Of a stretch of 48,012 nucleotides of DNA, positions 16,759 through 25,979 are shown one piece after another (position 1 is the stretch's first letter; each line of letters starts with the position of its first letter). Below the pieces are notes generated by a model, which made no database searches, was not told where the DNA came from, and saw only the letters and a list, made by a program, of their open reading frames with translations. Both the position numbers and the translations under genes were made by a program. This DNA comes from Eubacteriales bacterium (lineage in GTDB: Bacteria; Bacillota; Clostridia; Oscillospirales; QAKW01): positions 1 to 48,012 of the forward strand of contig JAZQDN010000133.1 in assembly GCA_045546815.1 (NCBI GenBank). Direction: 5' to 3'.

Positions 16759-17814
16759 ATGTCTGATAAATTAAATGTCGCCGTAATTTTCGGCGGTGCT
16801 TCGAGTGAATATGAGGTGTCGTGTAAATCGGCGGCAAATGTCATTTCAATTCTTGATTCAACAAAATATAATGTATATAAAATCGGCGTGTCAAAGCAAG
16901 GCGAATGGTTTTTGACAAACGCCTCGGTTGCTGATATCCGTGTCAATAACTGGCAAACCGATTGCACGCCCGCAATAATTTCACCTGACAGCAAAACACA
17001 CGGTATACTGTGTGGTGGCAAGAGTATTTATATCGACGTTGCTTTTCCCATAATCCACGGTAAAAACGGCGAGGACGGCGCGATTGCCGCGCTTTTACAG
17101 CTAGCAGGTATCCCGCAGGTGACAACCACTATGACAAGTGCCGCCAACGGTATGGATAAGGTGCTTACACATATCATTTGTGAGGCGGCGGGTGTGCCGA
17201 TGGCAAGGTATAAGTATTGCTATTCGCGCGAGTGCGTAGCTGACGTGAACGCTGTTGCGGACGACCTTGAAACATACTTTGAATACCCTGTTTTTGTAAA
17301 GCCCGCGTCCGCCGGCTCAAGCGTCGGCGTCAATAAGGCAACTGACAGAGCGTCGCTTGTTGCGGCACTGACCGAGGCGGCAAAGCACGACTTTAAAATA
17401 CTTGTTGAGGAAAACATAGTCGGTGTTGAGGTTGAGGCTGCAGTTATCGGAAATTCCGAGCCGCGCTGTGACGTGTGCGGTCAGGTTATTGCCGCTGACG
17501 AGTTTTATACTTATGACGCCAAATACAATAACGCTGCTTCAAAGGTCGTTATCCCCGCACTTGTACCCGACGAGTGTCAGAGCCGTGTGCGTGAGCTTGC
17601 GGTGCGTGTTTACAGGGCACTTGAGTGTCAGGGACTGTCACGTGTCGACTTTTTTGTGACAAAGGACGCGCGCGTTATCTTTAACGAAATAAATACTACC
17701 CCCGGCTTTACCGATATCAGTATGTACCCCAAAATGATGGCGTATAACGGTCTTGAGGGCTTTGCGCTTGCAGACGAGCTTATCCGCCTTGCGCTTGCGG
17801 AGGATAGAATATGA
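16759..17814 (+). CDS. ddl: D-alanine--D-alanine ligase
   Basis: FGGASSEYEVS, HGKNGEDG, FVKP..AGSSVG, YTYDAKY, EINTTPG. Confidence 0.95.
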   Translation: MSDKLNVAVIFGGASSEYEVSCKSAANVISILDSTKYNVYKIGVSKQGEWFLTNASVADIRVNNWQTDCTPAIISPDSKTHGILCGGKSIYIDVAFPIIHGKNGEDGAIAALLQLAGIPQVTTTMTSAANGMDKVLTHIICEAAGVPMARYKYCYSRECVADVNAVADDLETYFEYPVFVKPASAGSSVGVNKATDRASLVAALTEAAKHDFKILVEENIVGVEVEAAVIGNSEPRCDVCGQVIAADEFYTYDAKYNNAASKVVIPALVPDECQSRVRELAVRVYRALECQGLSRVDFFVTKDARVIFNEINTTPGFTDISMYPKMMAYNGLEGFALADELIRLALAEDRI

Positions 17815-18620
17815 ACAGTGGCGCAATCGGCGTTTTTGACAGCGGTCTTGGCGGTCTTACCGCGGTAAAGGAGCTTATAAAAATATTGCCGAATGAGGAT
17901 ATTATCTACTTTGGTGACACCTCGCGTGTGCCCTACGGTACTCGTAGCCGTGATACCATAATCTCCTATGCAAAGCAGGACCTTAACTTTTTAAGCACTT
18001 TTAATATAAAAGCGGCTCTTGTTGCGTGCGGTACCATTTCTGCGGTAGCTCTCGATACGCTTAAGGATAAATATGAGTTTGACATAACCGGCGTTATCGA
18101 CTCGGCGGCACGTGCCGCATCAAGCGCCACCGTAAATAACAGGATCGGTATTATCGGCACAAACGCAACCGTCAGCTCGGGGGCTTATGAAAAGGCGCTT
18201 TTGGCAATATCGTCCGATATACAGACTGTTGCTGTACCCTGTCCTCTTTTTGTACCGCTTGTTGAAAACGGACATATCAAAGAAGATGACCCCATCACCG
18301 CGCTTGCGGTAGAGTATTATATAAAAGAGATTGTCGATTTTGGTGCTGACACGATAATTATGGGCTGTACCCACTACCCGCTTATCGCGCACGCTATCAA
18401 AAAATATGTAGGCGGGCAGGTGACCCTTGTCAACCCCGGAAAAGAAGCGGCAAAGACGCTTAAGGAAAAACTGTCGTCACAAAAGCTTTTGTCAAAAAAC
18501 GGCGGTGTCCGTCGCTTTTATGTCAGTGACAGCACGCAGAATTTTGAAAGCTACGGCAGTCTGTTTATGGAACAGTCGATTTCGGGCGAGGTGCATAAAA
18601 TTGACATTGAAAAATACTGA
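17811..18620 (+). CDS. murI: Glutamate racemase
   Basis: GVFDSGLGGL, PYG, VACGT, MGCTHYP. Confidence 0.96.
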   Translation: MNSGAIGVFDSGLGGLTAVKELIKILPNEDIIYFGDTSRVPYGTRSRDTIISYAKQDLNFLSTFNIKAALVACGTISAVALDTLKDKYEFDITGVIDSAARAASSATVNNRIGIIGTNATVSSGAYEKALLAISSDIQTVAVPCPLFVPLVENGHIKEDDPITALAVEYYIKEIVDFGADTIIMGCTHYPLIAHAIKKYVGGQVTLVNPGKEAAKTLKEKLSSQKLLSKNGGVRRFYVSDSTQNFESYGSLFMEQSISGEVHKIDIEKY

Positions 18621-18999
18621 TGTAAAAATCACTCTCACCACCGTCCAGCGTGCAGAAAACACCGAAAAATATACGGTAACGCTTGACGGTACGCTCTCAT
18701 TAAAAAACGGAACATATTTTATTAAATATACCGATACCGAGCCGAATATTATTGCAATAAAGCCCGACTGTGTGCACATTTCAAAGCCGCAGTCAAATTC
18801 TGTTCTCACCTTTGAGCAGGGTCGGGAGCACGTGTCGGGCTATATGACGCCTGTCGGAAAAATGTCGGTTAGCGTTTTTACACACAAGCTACTTAATGCG
18901 TTTGAAACAGAACGCAGGATTTTTATAAAATACCGTCTTGTGTTTAACGAGTCGGCTGAGGCAGAAAACGATATAACCATTAAAATACAGGAGAAATGA
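18601..18999 (+). CDS. DUF1934 family beta-barrel protein
   Basis: Start re-assigned to TTG 18601 behind GAGGTG. LTFEQG...YMTPVG motif; position between murI and argS. Confidence 0.75.
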   Translation: MTLKNTDVKITLTTVQRAENTEKYTVTLDGTLSLKNGTYFIKYTDTEPNIIAIKPDCVHISKPQSNSVLTFEQGREHVSGYMTPVGKMSVSVFTHKLLNAFETERRIFIKYRLVFNESAEAENDITIKIQEK

Positions 19000-20690
19000 A
19001 AATGACAGCAGTAAACCCTACAGAATTTTTTAAAAGCCTTTTAAAGCAAAAGGTTGTTGACGCATACACCGCGTGTGTTGCTGACGGCATTTTTGAAAAG
19101 GTGGATATTGTCGATTTTGACGTTGAAGTACCAAAGGACAGCGCAAACGGCGAGTTTTCGGCAAACTTCGCAATGAAAAACGTTCGCCTTTTAAAAAAAG
19201 CTCCCGCAATGATAGGAAACGAGATCGTTTCGCATATCGACTGCGGTGAGTATATCGAAAACGTAGCTGTTGCAGGTCCCGGATTTATCAACTTTAAAAT
19301 GTCACCCGCATACTATGCCGGTCTTGTCGACGGAATACTTGAGCTTTCCGATAACTTCGGTAAAACAAATGCACTTGACGGACAAACTGTGCTTGTTGAG
19401 TTTGTTTCGGCAAACCCCACAGGACCTATGCATATGGGTAATGCCCGCGGCGGTATTATCGGTGACTGCCTTTCGTCTGTTCTTGCGTGGGCGGGTGCTG
19501 ATGTTAAAAAAGAGTTTTATGTAAACGATGCGGGTAACCAGGTAATGCTTTTCGGTGAATCACTCTATGCGCGTCTTTATCAGTATGTAAACGGCGAGGA
19601 CAGTATGGAGTTTTTAGAGGACGGCTACCACGGTGACGATATCAAAATTCTTGCAAAGGAATTTTGCGAAATAAACGGTGCTGATATTTTAAATCAGCCA
19701 AAAGAAGAAGTTATCGAAAAGTTGGTTGCCTTCGGTCTTGAAAAGAATATTGCACGTATGCAGAGCGACCTTGAAAAATATAAAATTGTTTATGATAAAT
19801 GGTTCCGCGAATCGACCCTTCATAAGAGCGGCTATGTAAAGGAAACTATCGACCTTCTCGATAAGGCAGGCGCGCTTTATGAAAGTGAGGGTGCAAAGTG
19901 GTTCCGCGCTACCGACTACGGCTGTGAAAAGGATGAGGTAATGGTAAAGGCAAACGGCTTTTACACTTACTATGCCGTTGATCTTGCATACCACCGCAAC
20001 AAGTTTTGTGAGCGTAACTTTGAGCGTTGCATAAACGTTCTCGGCGCCGACCATCACGGTCACACGATACGCTATAAAGCGGGTATGAAGGCACTTGGTA
20101 TTGAACCCGAGCGTCTTGAGGTTGTGCTTATGCAGCTTGTACGTCTTATGCGTGACGGCGAGGTTGTCAGAATGTCAAAGCGCACCGGTAAGTCGATCAC
20201 GCTTTCTGACCTTCTCGATGAGATCCCCGCAGATGCTGCAAGATTTTTCTTTAATATGAACCGCTGTGAGTCGGTTATGGACTTCGACCTGTCGCTTGCT
20301 GTCAAGCAGGACAGCGAAAACCCGATGTATTACGTGCAGTATGCTCACGCACGTATTTGCTCCATTCTTCGCAATCTTGAGGTTGATGCAGGCACCGTTT
20401 TATCCTGCGGCGGTTATGATTATAACACCGATGCAGAAAAAGAGCTTATCCGCGCTCTTGCGTCGTTCCCGTCAGAAATCCTTTATGCCGCTGATAACTT
20501 TGAACCGTCGCGAATTACAAAATACGTTATTGATACCGCGTCGGCATTCCATAAGTTTTATAATGCCTGCCGCATAAAAGGTGAGGCGGACGATGTTGTG
20601 GCTGCACGCCTTGCACTTGTTGTCGCGACAAAAACCGTTATAAAAAATGCGCTTACACTTATGAATATAAACGCACCCGAAAAAATGTAA
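18996..20690 (+). CDS. argS: Arginine--tRNA ligase
   Basis: AGPGFIN, EFVSANPTGPMHMGNARG, GADHHG, RMSKRTG, YVQYAHAR, APEKM. Confidence 0.97.
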   Translation: MKMTAVNPTEFFKSLLKQKVVDAYTACVADGIFEKVDIVDFDVEVPKDSANGEFSANFAMKNVRLLKKAPAMIGNEIVSHIDCGEYIENVAVAGPGFINFKMSPAYYAGLVDGILELSDNFGKTNALDGQTVLVEFVSANPTGPMHMGNARGGIIGDCLSSVLAWAGADVKKEFYVNDAGNQVMLFGESLYARLYQYVNGEDSMEFLEDGYHGDDIKILAKEFCEINGADILNQPKEEVIEKLVAFGLEKNIARMQSDLEKYKIVYDKWFRESTLHKSGYVKETIDLLDKAGALYESEGAKWFRATDYGCEKDEVMVKANGFYTYYAVDLAYHRNKFCERNFERCINVLGADHHGHTIRYKAGMKALGIEPERLEVVLMQLVRLMRDGEVVRMSKRTGKSITLSDLLDEIPADAARFFFNMNRCESVMDFDLSLAVKQDSENPMYYVQYAHARICSILRNLEVDAGTVLSCGGYDYNTDAEKELIRALASFPSEILYAADNFEPSRITKYVIDTASAFHKFYNACRIKGEADDVVAARLALVVATKTVIKNALTLMNINAPEKM

Positions 20691-20703
20691 ACCTTATAAA
20701 AAA

Positions 20704-20731
20704 TATTGCCGAGCAAAGCTGCTCGGCAATA
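20704..20731. terminator. Bidirectional terminator
   Basis: TATTGCCGAGCA-aagc-TGCTCGGCAATA between convergent genes. Confidence 0.8.
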
Positions 20732-20734
20732 ATA

Positions 20735-21280
20735 TTATCTTTTAAATTTCAGTATTTCGTTGTTTTTCGGCGTTATAATATATATAATGTAAAATACTAT
20801 GAACGTCAGCGCGGTCTCCAAAAGTGCAACACCTGCGGCACAAATCACCTGTGAATTTATGTTTGTTGCAAACGGTAACAGCACCTCTCGTCTGCCGTGA
20901 AATCCGCTCGCCGCAAATGACAGCCACAGCGCAAAAAACGTCAGCACCGACGAAACGGATGCGCCGCAACCGATAACGGTCGGCGAAAGACTGTCGCTGT
21001 TGAGCCGCTTTAGTACATATACCGCCGCGCATGCGATGATTGCAGGAAGTGCGAGCCACAGTGCGTAGCTTCCGTCAATGAGAATGCACATAATAAGCGT
21101 GTGCAGAACAATGGATATGCCTCCGCCGACAGCACCACACAGCGCAGTTATATAAACGCTTCCTGCAAAATCTGCCCATATGGGAAAGCCTGCGTATTTT
21201 GAAAGGCAGAACATACCAAGGTTTATAACACTGCCTATTATAAATAAAACGATTTGCCGCATAACTGTGTTGCGGTTCAT
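20735..21280 (-). CDS. Small integral membrane protein, possibly an ECF transporter S component
   Basis: ~6 TM in 181 aa; PIWADFAGSVYITALCGAVGG resembles S-component N-termini; AGGTGGTG RBS. Confidence 0.55.
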   Translation of the reverse strand: MNRNTVMRQIVLFIIGSVINLGMFCLSKYAGFPIWADFAGSVYITALCGAVGGGISIVLHTLIMCILIDGSYALWLALPAIIACAAVYVLKRLNSDSLSPTVIGCGASVSSVLTFFALWLSFAASGFHGRREVLLPFATNINSQVICAAGVALLETALTFIVFYIIYIITPKNNEILKFKR

Positions 21281-21315
21281 ATCGGTTCACCACCTAAAAA
21301 ATTATGTCAACTAAA

Positions 21316-21344
21316 AGTATATAGCACAAATATAGAATTGTCAA
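21316..21344 (-). promoter_or_regulatory. Sigma-A promoter of the membrane protein gene
   Basis: TTGACA-N17-TATACT on the minus strand. Confidence 0.7.
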
Positions 21345-21376
21345 TATATGGATTTTAATAGAAAAGGGGAATAACT

Positions 21377-22180
21377 ATGCCCGAATTTATTTTTATACCG
21401 CTTTGCCTTGTGGGCTTTGTTGTGTTACTGTTTATTATTTACAATAATAACGCAATAATCAAGAGGTATAAAATTTCGTCAAAAAAAATTAAAACACCGC
21501 TACGGATAGTGCTGCTTTCCGATTTTCATAACAAGCGCTATTCAAAGGGCGGGCAAAAGCTTGTTAAAAAAATCGCGGCGCAAAAACCTGATATGATTTT
21601 TATAACGGGTGATACGGTTGACCGCAGACGACCTGATTTTAATGTATCGCGCGAGTTTGTAAAAAATGTTTCAAAAATTTGTGAAACATATCTTATCACG
21701 GGTAACCACGAACGCGCGCTCGGTCGCGAAAGCTGTATAGAGCAGCTCGACTGCAAGGATATACTGCTTGATGATGATTACAGAATTTTTGAGGAGTATT
21801 CGGTTCTCGGACTTTCCGATACGGTCGGACTTTCAGACAGCACGTGGCAAAGCGATGCGCTCTGCGTGTTTGAACGCCTCGAAAACTATAAAATCGTCGC
21901 CGTTCACCGTCCGTCACAGTTTGAGAACTATCTCGGGATATCAGAGCGCGATGTCGACCTTGTGCTGTGCGGTCACATTCACGGCGGGGTAATGCGTATT
22001 CCTTTTTTCGGGGCCGTCTTTTCACCCGATGAGGGCTTTTTTCCAAAGTACTCAAAGGGCGTTTATGTTAAAAACGGTACCACCCTTGTTATATCAGGGG
22101 GTCTTGGCAATACCGCTTTTCCGCTTCGTATAAATAATTTTCCCGAAATCGTCGTTATAGATATAGAACAAAAAAATTAA
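21377..22180 (+). CDS. Metallophosphoesterase (calcineurin-like, YkuE type), membrane-anchored
   Basis: SDFH, TGDTVD, GNHE, HRP, GHIHGG. Confidence 0.92.
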   Translation: MPEFIFIPLCLVGFVVLLFIIYNNNAIIKRYKISSKKIKTPLRIVLLSDFHNKRYSKGGQKLVKKIAAQKPDMIFITGDTVDRRRPDFNVSREFVKNVSKICETYLITGNHERALGRESCIEQLDCKDILLDDDYRIFEEYSVLGLSDTVGLSDSTWQSDALCVFERLENYKIVAVHRPSQFENYLGISERDVDLVLCGHIHGGVMRIPFFGAVFSPDEGFFPKYSKGVYVKNGTTLVISGGLGNTAFPLRINNFPEIVVIDIEQKN

Positions 22181-22188
22181 AAAAACAG

Positions 22189-22217
22189 TTGCATTTTAAA
22201 AATGCTTGTGTTAATAT
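22189..22217 (+). promoter_or_regulatory. Sigma-A promoter of rplS
   Basis: TTGCAT-N17-TAATAT with TG. Confidence 0.6.
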
Positions 22218-22242
22218 ATTATAGATTGTTAAAAGTGAAATC

Positions 22243-22282
22243 TTAAGGCAGTCCTCTGTGTTGCTCGCATGAATGCCTGTGG
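22243..22282 (+). ncRNA. L19 ribosomal protein leader (cis-regulatory)
   Basis: AGGCAGTCCTCTG...CATGAATGCCT: closing GGCA/TGCC stem and the TCC.CTG...ATGAA pattern of Firmicutes rplS leaders. Confidence 0.7.
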
Positions 22283-22314
22283 ATATCCTAAAATTTTAAG
22301 GAGGAACAGTTACT

Positions 22315-22656
22315 ATGGATCTTTTAAAAACTGTAACTAACGAGCAAATTAAAACCGAAAAATACACACTCAACATCGGTGACACTGTTCGTGTAAGCGT
22401 AAAGGTTAAAGAAGGCAACAGAGAAAGAATTCAGGTCTTCGAAGGCACCATTATCGCAAAGCATGGCGGCGGCATTTCAGAAACCTTCAAGGTTAGACGT
22501 GTTGCTTACGGTGTTGGCGTTGAGAGAACATTCCTTGTAAACTCACCCAAGGTTGAAAAGGTTGAAGTTGTTCGCAGCGGTAAGGTTAGACGTGCTAAAC
22601 TCTACTATCTCCGTGACAGAGTTGGTAAGGCTGCTAAAGTTAAACAGAAAATCTAA
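22315..22656 (+). CDS. rplS: 50S ribosomal protein L19
   Basis: [42 protein letters not shown]. Confidence 0.98.
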   Translation: MDLLKTVTNEQIKTEKYTLNIGDTVRVSVKVKEGNRERIQVFEGTIIAKHGGGISETFKVRRVAYGVGVERTFLVNSPKVEKVEVVRSGKVRRAKLYYLRDRVGKAAKVKQKI

Positions 22657-22659
22657 CAA

Positions 22660-22690
22660 AAAAACGCAACGTTTTAAACGTTGCGTTTTT
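22660..22690. terminator. Bidirectional terminator after rplS
   Basis: AAAAACGCAACGTTT-t-AAACGTTGCGTTTTT. Confidence 0.85.
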
Positions 22691-22705
22691 AATTTTATTA
22701 TAAGC

Positions 22706-23860
22706 TTATTTTTTCTCAAGTGTTACCTTGTATCTCATAACGTCAGTGCCGTTGTGGTTGTTGAGTATCGAAAACTCGTTTGATGTCAGGATATTCGGCT
22801 GAACGCTCGGGTCGTCCGATATGATCGCGTTGTAGTGGTTGCCCCACGGCTTTCCGTCAACAAAGACGGGCTCCGGCTCTGACCAGTTGATAAGGTCGGT
22901 CGAGGTCGAAATCTGCATAATCTTGCCTTTTTTGTCAAGACCCTCAAACTTGCCCTTGCCTGCTGCAACTATCGGCTTGCTTGTCATAATGTACATTTTT
23001 TCTTTCTCGCTGTACACAACGCGCGGATGCCATGCATCGCTTATGATCGGCGACTCTTTGCCGAGGTTGCCCGCTTCACAAAACGCACCGTTGTAATACT
23101 TTACAAAGTCGCCCATGGCACCGTCCGAACGCTTGCGGCAACGCGCAACGTAGCCGTCACATCTCTGCCATGCATCGCAGAACTCTTCTTTTGTCACGTC
23201 AAGCTGGATAATGTTGTAAAACACATAAATATATTCGCCGTCCGGCTCGATGTACATACAAAAATCACCGCTGCCGAGACGAATAATGTCGCCCTTCTGA
23301 CCAATCATATTATTGTTGTTTGGATTAAAGCGCTCGGTAAATCCAACTTCTTCCGCACTTAACACCCAACGGTCAAAGACCCAGTGCTTGCCCTCGTCAT
23401 CCGAGTGCATAAGACCGATGTGACGAAAGTCCGAGTCAAGACGGGGAGATTTACCGCAAAGCCCGAGTGCATCGTATGCAGTGTTTTCGGCATTCCAACC
23501 CGTTTCGTTGTGAAACCAGCAGAAAAATCTGTGTGTATTTGGGCATATATACAATCCAAATGGCCATATACTGCCGCGCGCACGCGTGCCGTCGGGATAA
23601 CGTATGCCGCTGTAGGCGTAGTCGGCATGACCTACCGAAAAATTGGTGTTGATCGGCCATTTTTCTTCCATATCGTCAAGAGTTGTGCCCGCAAACATAC
23701 CGATGTGACCCATGTGCGAGTGACCGCTGATTGCCCAGACGGTGCCGTCAACGTCGCGGTACATCGGTGTTGTGCCGTCCTGATACACACCGATTTTATT
23801 CATAAACGGCGATGGAGCTTCCTCACCGATTTTTAAGCTGTATTTTTCAAAAAAAGACAT
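22706..23860 (-). CDS. Hypothetical protein, probable beta-propeller glycoside hydrolase/sialidase-like fold
   Basis: Asp-box-like SDDEGKHW and STDLINW, WFHNE, G.GDF; no signal peptide. Confidence 0.6.
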   Translation of the reverse strand: MSFFEKYSLKIGEEAPSPFMNKIGVYQDGTTPMYRDVDGTVWAISGHSHMGHIGMFAGTTLDDMEEKWPINTNFSVGHADYAYSGIRYPDGTRARGSIWPFGLYICPNTHRFFCWFHNETGWNAENTAYDALGLCGKSPRLDSDFRHIGLMHSDDEGKHWVFDRWVLSAEEVGFTERFNPNNNNMIGQKGDIIRLGSGDFCMYIEPDGEYIYVFYNIIQLDVTKEEFCDAWQRCDGYVARCRKRSDGAMGDFVKYYNGAFCEAGNLGKESPIISDAWHPRVVYSEKEKMYIMTSKPIVAAGKGKFEGLDKKGKIMQISTSTDLINWSEPEPVFVDGKPWGNHYNAIISDDPSVQPNILTSNEFSILNNHNGTDVMRYKVTLEKK

Positions 23861-23925
23861 AATGCTTTACCTTTCAGAACAAATTTTCTTTAGTGTACTA
23901 TATAACATCCGAAAAATCAACAAAA

Positions 23926-23957
23926 AAAGAAGATGCTTTTTGAAAAGCATCTTCTTT
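23926..23957 (-). terminator. Terminator after fba
   Basis: AAAGAAGATGCTTTT-tg-AAAAGCATCTTCTTT with T tract on the minus strand. Confidence 0.85.
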
Positions 23958-23972
23958 AAAGATGATTTGATA

Positions 23973-24836
23973 TTATGCTTTGTTAACCGAACCGAAGAGC
24001 TCCATTTTTTCCTTAACGGTAGCTTTGATTGCCTCAACGCCGTCAGCGAGAACTTTTCTGGGGTCAAAGCCTTTACCCTGAAGGTCTTTGCCTGCTTCGA
24101 AGTACTTTCTTGTAGCTTCGGTGAAAGCAATCTGGCACTCTGTGTTAACGTTTACCTTTGAAACGCCCATTGAGATAGCTTTTTTAACCATATCAGCAGG
24201 AATGCCTGTACCGCCGTGAAGAACAAGCGGCATACCCTTTGTAGCATCTGAAATCTTCTTAAGAGCGTCAAAGTCAAGGCCTGCCCAGTTTGCAGGGTAC
24301 TTGCCGTGAATGTTACCGATACCTGCAGCAAGCATTGAAACGCCGAGATCTGCAATGAGTTTGCATTCATCAGCATCAGCAACCTCGCCTCTGCCTACAA
24401 CGCCGTCTTCCTCGCCGCCGATAGCGCCTACTTCAGCCTCAACTGAAAGACCCTTTTCGTTTGCAAGAGCAATAATTTCTTTGGTTTTTTCAATGTTTTC
24501 GTCGATGTCATAGTGTGAACCGTCGAACATAACTGATGAAAAACCGTCTCTGATAACAGTTTTTGCAGCCTCATATGAGCCGTGGTCAAGGTGAAGGGCA
24601 ACAGGAACTGTGATACCGAGCTCCTCAATCATACCGTTTACCATACCAACTACTGTTTTGTAGCCGCACATATACTTTCCGGCACCTTCAGAAACACCAA
24701 GGATAACAGGTGAATTGTTTTCCTGTGCAGTTAAAAGAATAGCCTTTGTCCACTCAAGGTTGTTGATGTTGAACTGACCTACTGCATAGTGTCCTTCGTA
24801 TGCTTTTTGCATCATTTCTTTTGCAGAAACTAACAT
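23973..24836 (-). CDS. fba: Class II fructose-1,6-bisphosphate aldolase
   Basis: LHLDHG, SVMFDGS, GNIHG, LVLHGGTG, KVNVNT. Start MLVSA chosen from GGAGG spacing. Confidence 0.96.
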   Translation of the reverse strand: MLVSAKEMMQKAYEGHYAVGQFNINNLEWTKAILLTAQENNSPVILGVSEGAGKYMCGYKTVVGMVNGMIEELGITVPVALHLDHGSYEAAKTVIRDGFSSVMFDGSHYDIDENIEKTKEIIALANEKGLSVEAEVGAIGGEEDGVVGRGEVADADECKLIADLGVSMLAAGIGNIHGKYPANWAGLDFDALKKISDATKGMPLVLHGGTGIPADMVKKAISMGVSKVNVNTECQIAFTEATRKYFEAGKDLQGKGFDPRKVLADGVEAIKATVKEKMELFGSVNKA

Positions 24837-24873
24837 GTTGTACATCCTCCGTTTATTAAAAAATTACGTTATT

Positions 24874-24902
24874 ATTATACCCCCCACTTTAATCAAAGTC
24901 AA
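24874..24902 (-). promoter_or_regulatory. Sigma-A promoter of fba
   Basis: TTGACT-N17-TATAAT on the minus strand. Confidence 0.8.
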
Positions 24903-24912
24903 TTGTTTTTGC

Positions 24913-24941
24913 TTGACAATATAAAGAAAATTGTTTAAAAT
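24913..24941 (+). promoter_or_regulatory. Sigma-A promoter of the degV gene
   Basis: TTGACA-N17-TAAAAT; back-to-back with the fba promoter. Confidence 0.75.
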
Positions 24942-24974
24942 TAAAATGTATAATTTTATTTAGGAGTAAATACT

Positions 24975-25823
24975 ATGTCAAATATAAAAATTACTGCTGA
25001 CAGCACCTGCGATTTGCCCGCAGAACTTATTGAAAAATACAGTATTGATATCAATCCGCTTTATACGGTTCTCGGCGACAGGTCACTGCTTGACGGTGTT
25101 GAGGCAACGCCTGACGATATCTATGAGTTTGTTGCACAGAACGGTCAACTTCCCAAAACCTCGGCAGGCTCTGTTGACGACTATATAAATCGCTTCAAAA
25201 AATATGTTGATGAGGGGCTTGAGGTCGTTCATATCAGTATTTCGAGCGGTCTTTCATCGAGCTATCAGAACGCGTGCATCGCCGCTTCAGAGGTCGGTAA
25301 TGTCTATGTTGTTGACTCGCTCAATCTTTCAACGGGCTCGGGTCTTTTGGTGCTTGATGCTGTTGATATGGTAAACGAGGGTAAGTCTGCTGCCGAAATT
25401 GCAAAGGTGCTTACAGAACGCGCGTCGCTTGTTCGTGCAAGCTTTGTGCTTGATAAGCTTGATTATATGGTTATGGGCGGCAGATGCTCGTCTGTTGCAA
25501 TGCTGGGTGCAAACCTGCTTAAAATCAAGCCGGTGATCGCTGTCGGACAAAACGGTAAGCTCTCAATGGTAGATAAGCCCCGCGGTCAGTATATCAAGGC
25601 GCTTGAAAAATATGTAAAGTCTGTTCTCAGTCAGCCCGATATCAACACCAAGCGTGTTTTTGTGACACACACCAAGTGTGATGACGGTGTTGTTGATTTT
25701 GTAAAAGACCTTATTAAAAACACTATGGACTTTGAAGAAATTATCGAATCTACTGCAGGTTGCGTAATTACCAGCCATTGCGGACCCAACACTCTCGGTG
25801 TACTTTTTGAACTCAAAAAGTAA
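24975..25823 (+). CDS. DegV/FakB family fatty-acid-binding protein
   Basis: ITADSTCDL, PKTS, ISSGLSSSY, VDSLNLSTG, GGR, SHCGP. Confidence 0.94.
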   Translation: MSNIKITADSTCDLPAELIEKYSIDINPLYTVLGDRSLLDGVEATPDDIYEFVAQNGQLPKTSAGSVDDYINRFKKYVDEGLEVVHISISSGLSSSYQNACIAASEVGNVYVVDSLNLSTGSGLLVLDAVDMVNEGKSAAEIAKVLTERASLVRASFVLDKLDYMVMGGRCSSVAMLGANLLKIKPVIAVGQNGKLSMVDKPRGQYIKALEKYVKSVLSQPDINTKRVFVTHTKCDDGVVDFVKDLIKNTMDFEEIIESTAGCVITSHCGPNTLGVLFELKK

Positions 25824-25979
25824 TCGTCGTTTTTAACAAATTTTTTATCTTAAAATGTCTGTTTTGAACAAAAAACAGTAAAAGTTAATATAAAAAAATA
25901 AAAAAAATAAATTTACTATTGAACTTTTTGTCTTAATAGTATAGTATATATTATATATATTGTTCGAGGAGGATTTTTC

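Noticed and set aside
16759-17814. Van-type D-Ala-D-Lac/D-Ser ligase
   Set aside because: The omega loop YTYDAKY is the D-Ala-D-Ala type; no vanH/X/T/R/S next to it; housekeeping context.
18427-18600. Long N-terminal extensions in the ORF track (DUF1934 gene; likewise htrA 29780, pnp 33143, threonine aldolase 37180)
   Set aside because: They overlap upstream genes or leaders and lack an RBS; downstream starts have good SD sequences.
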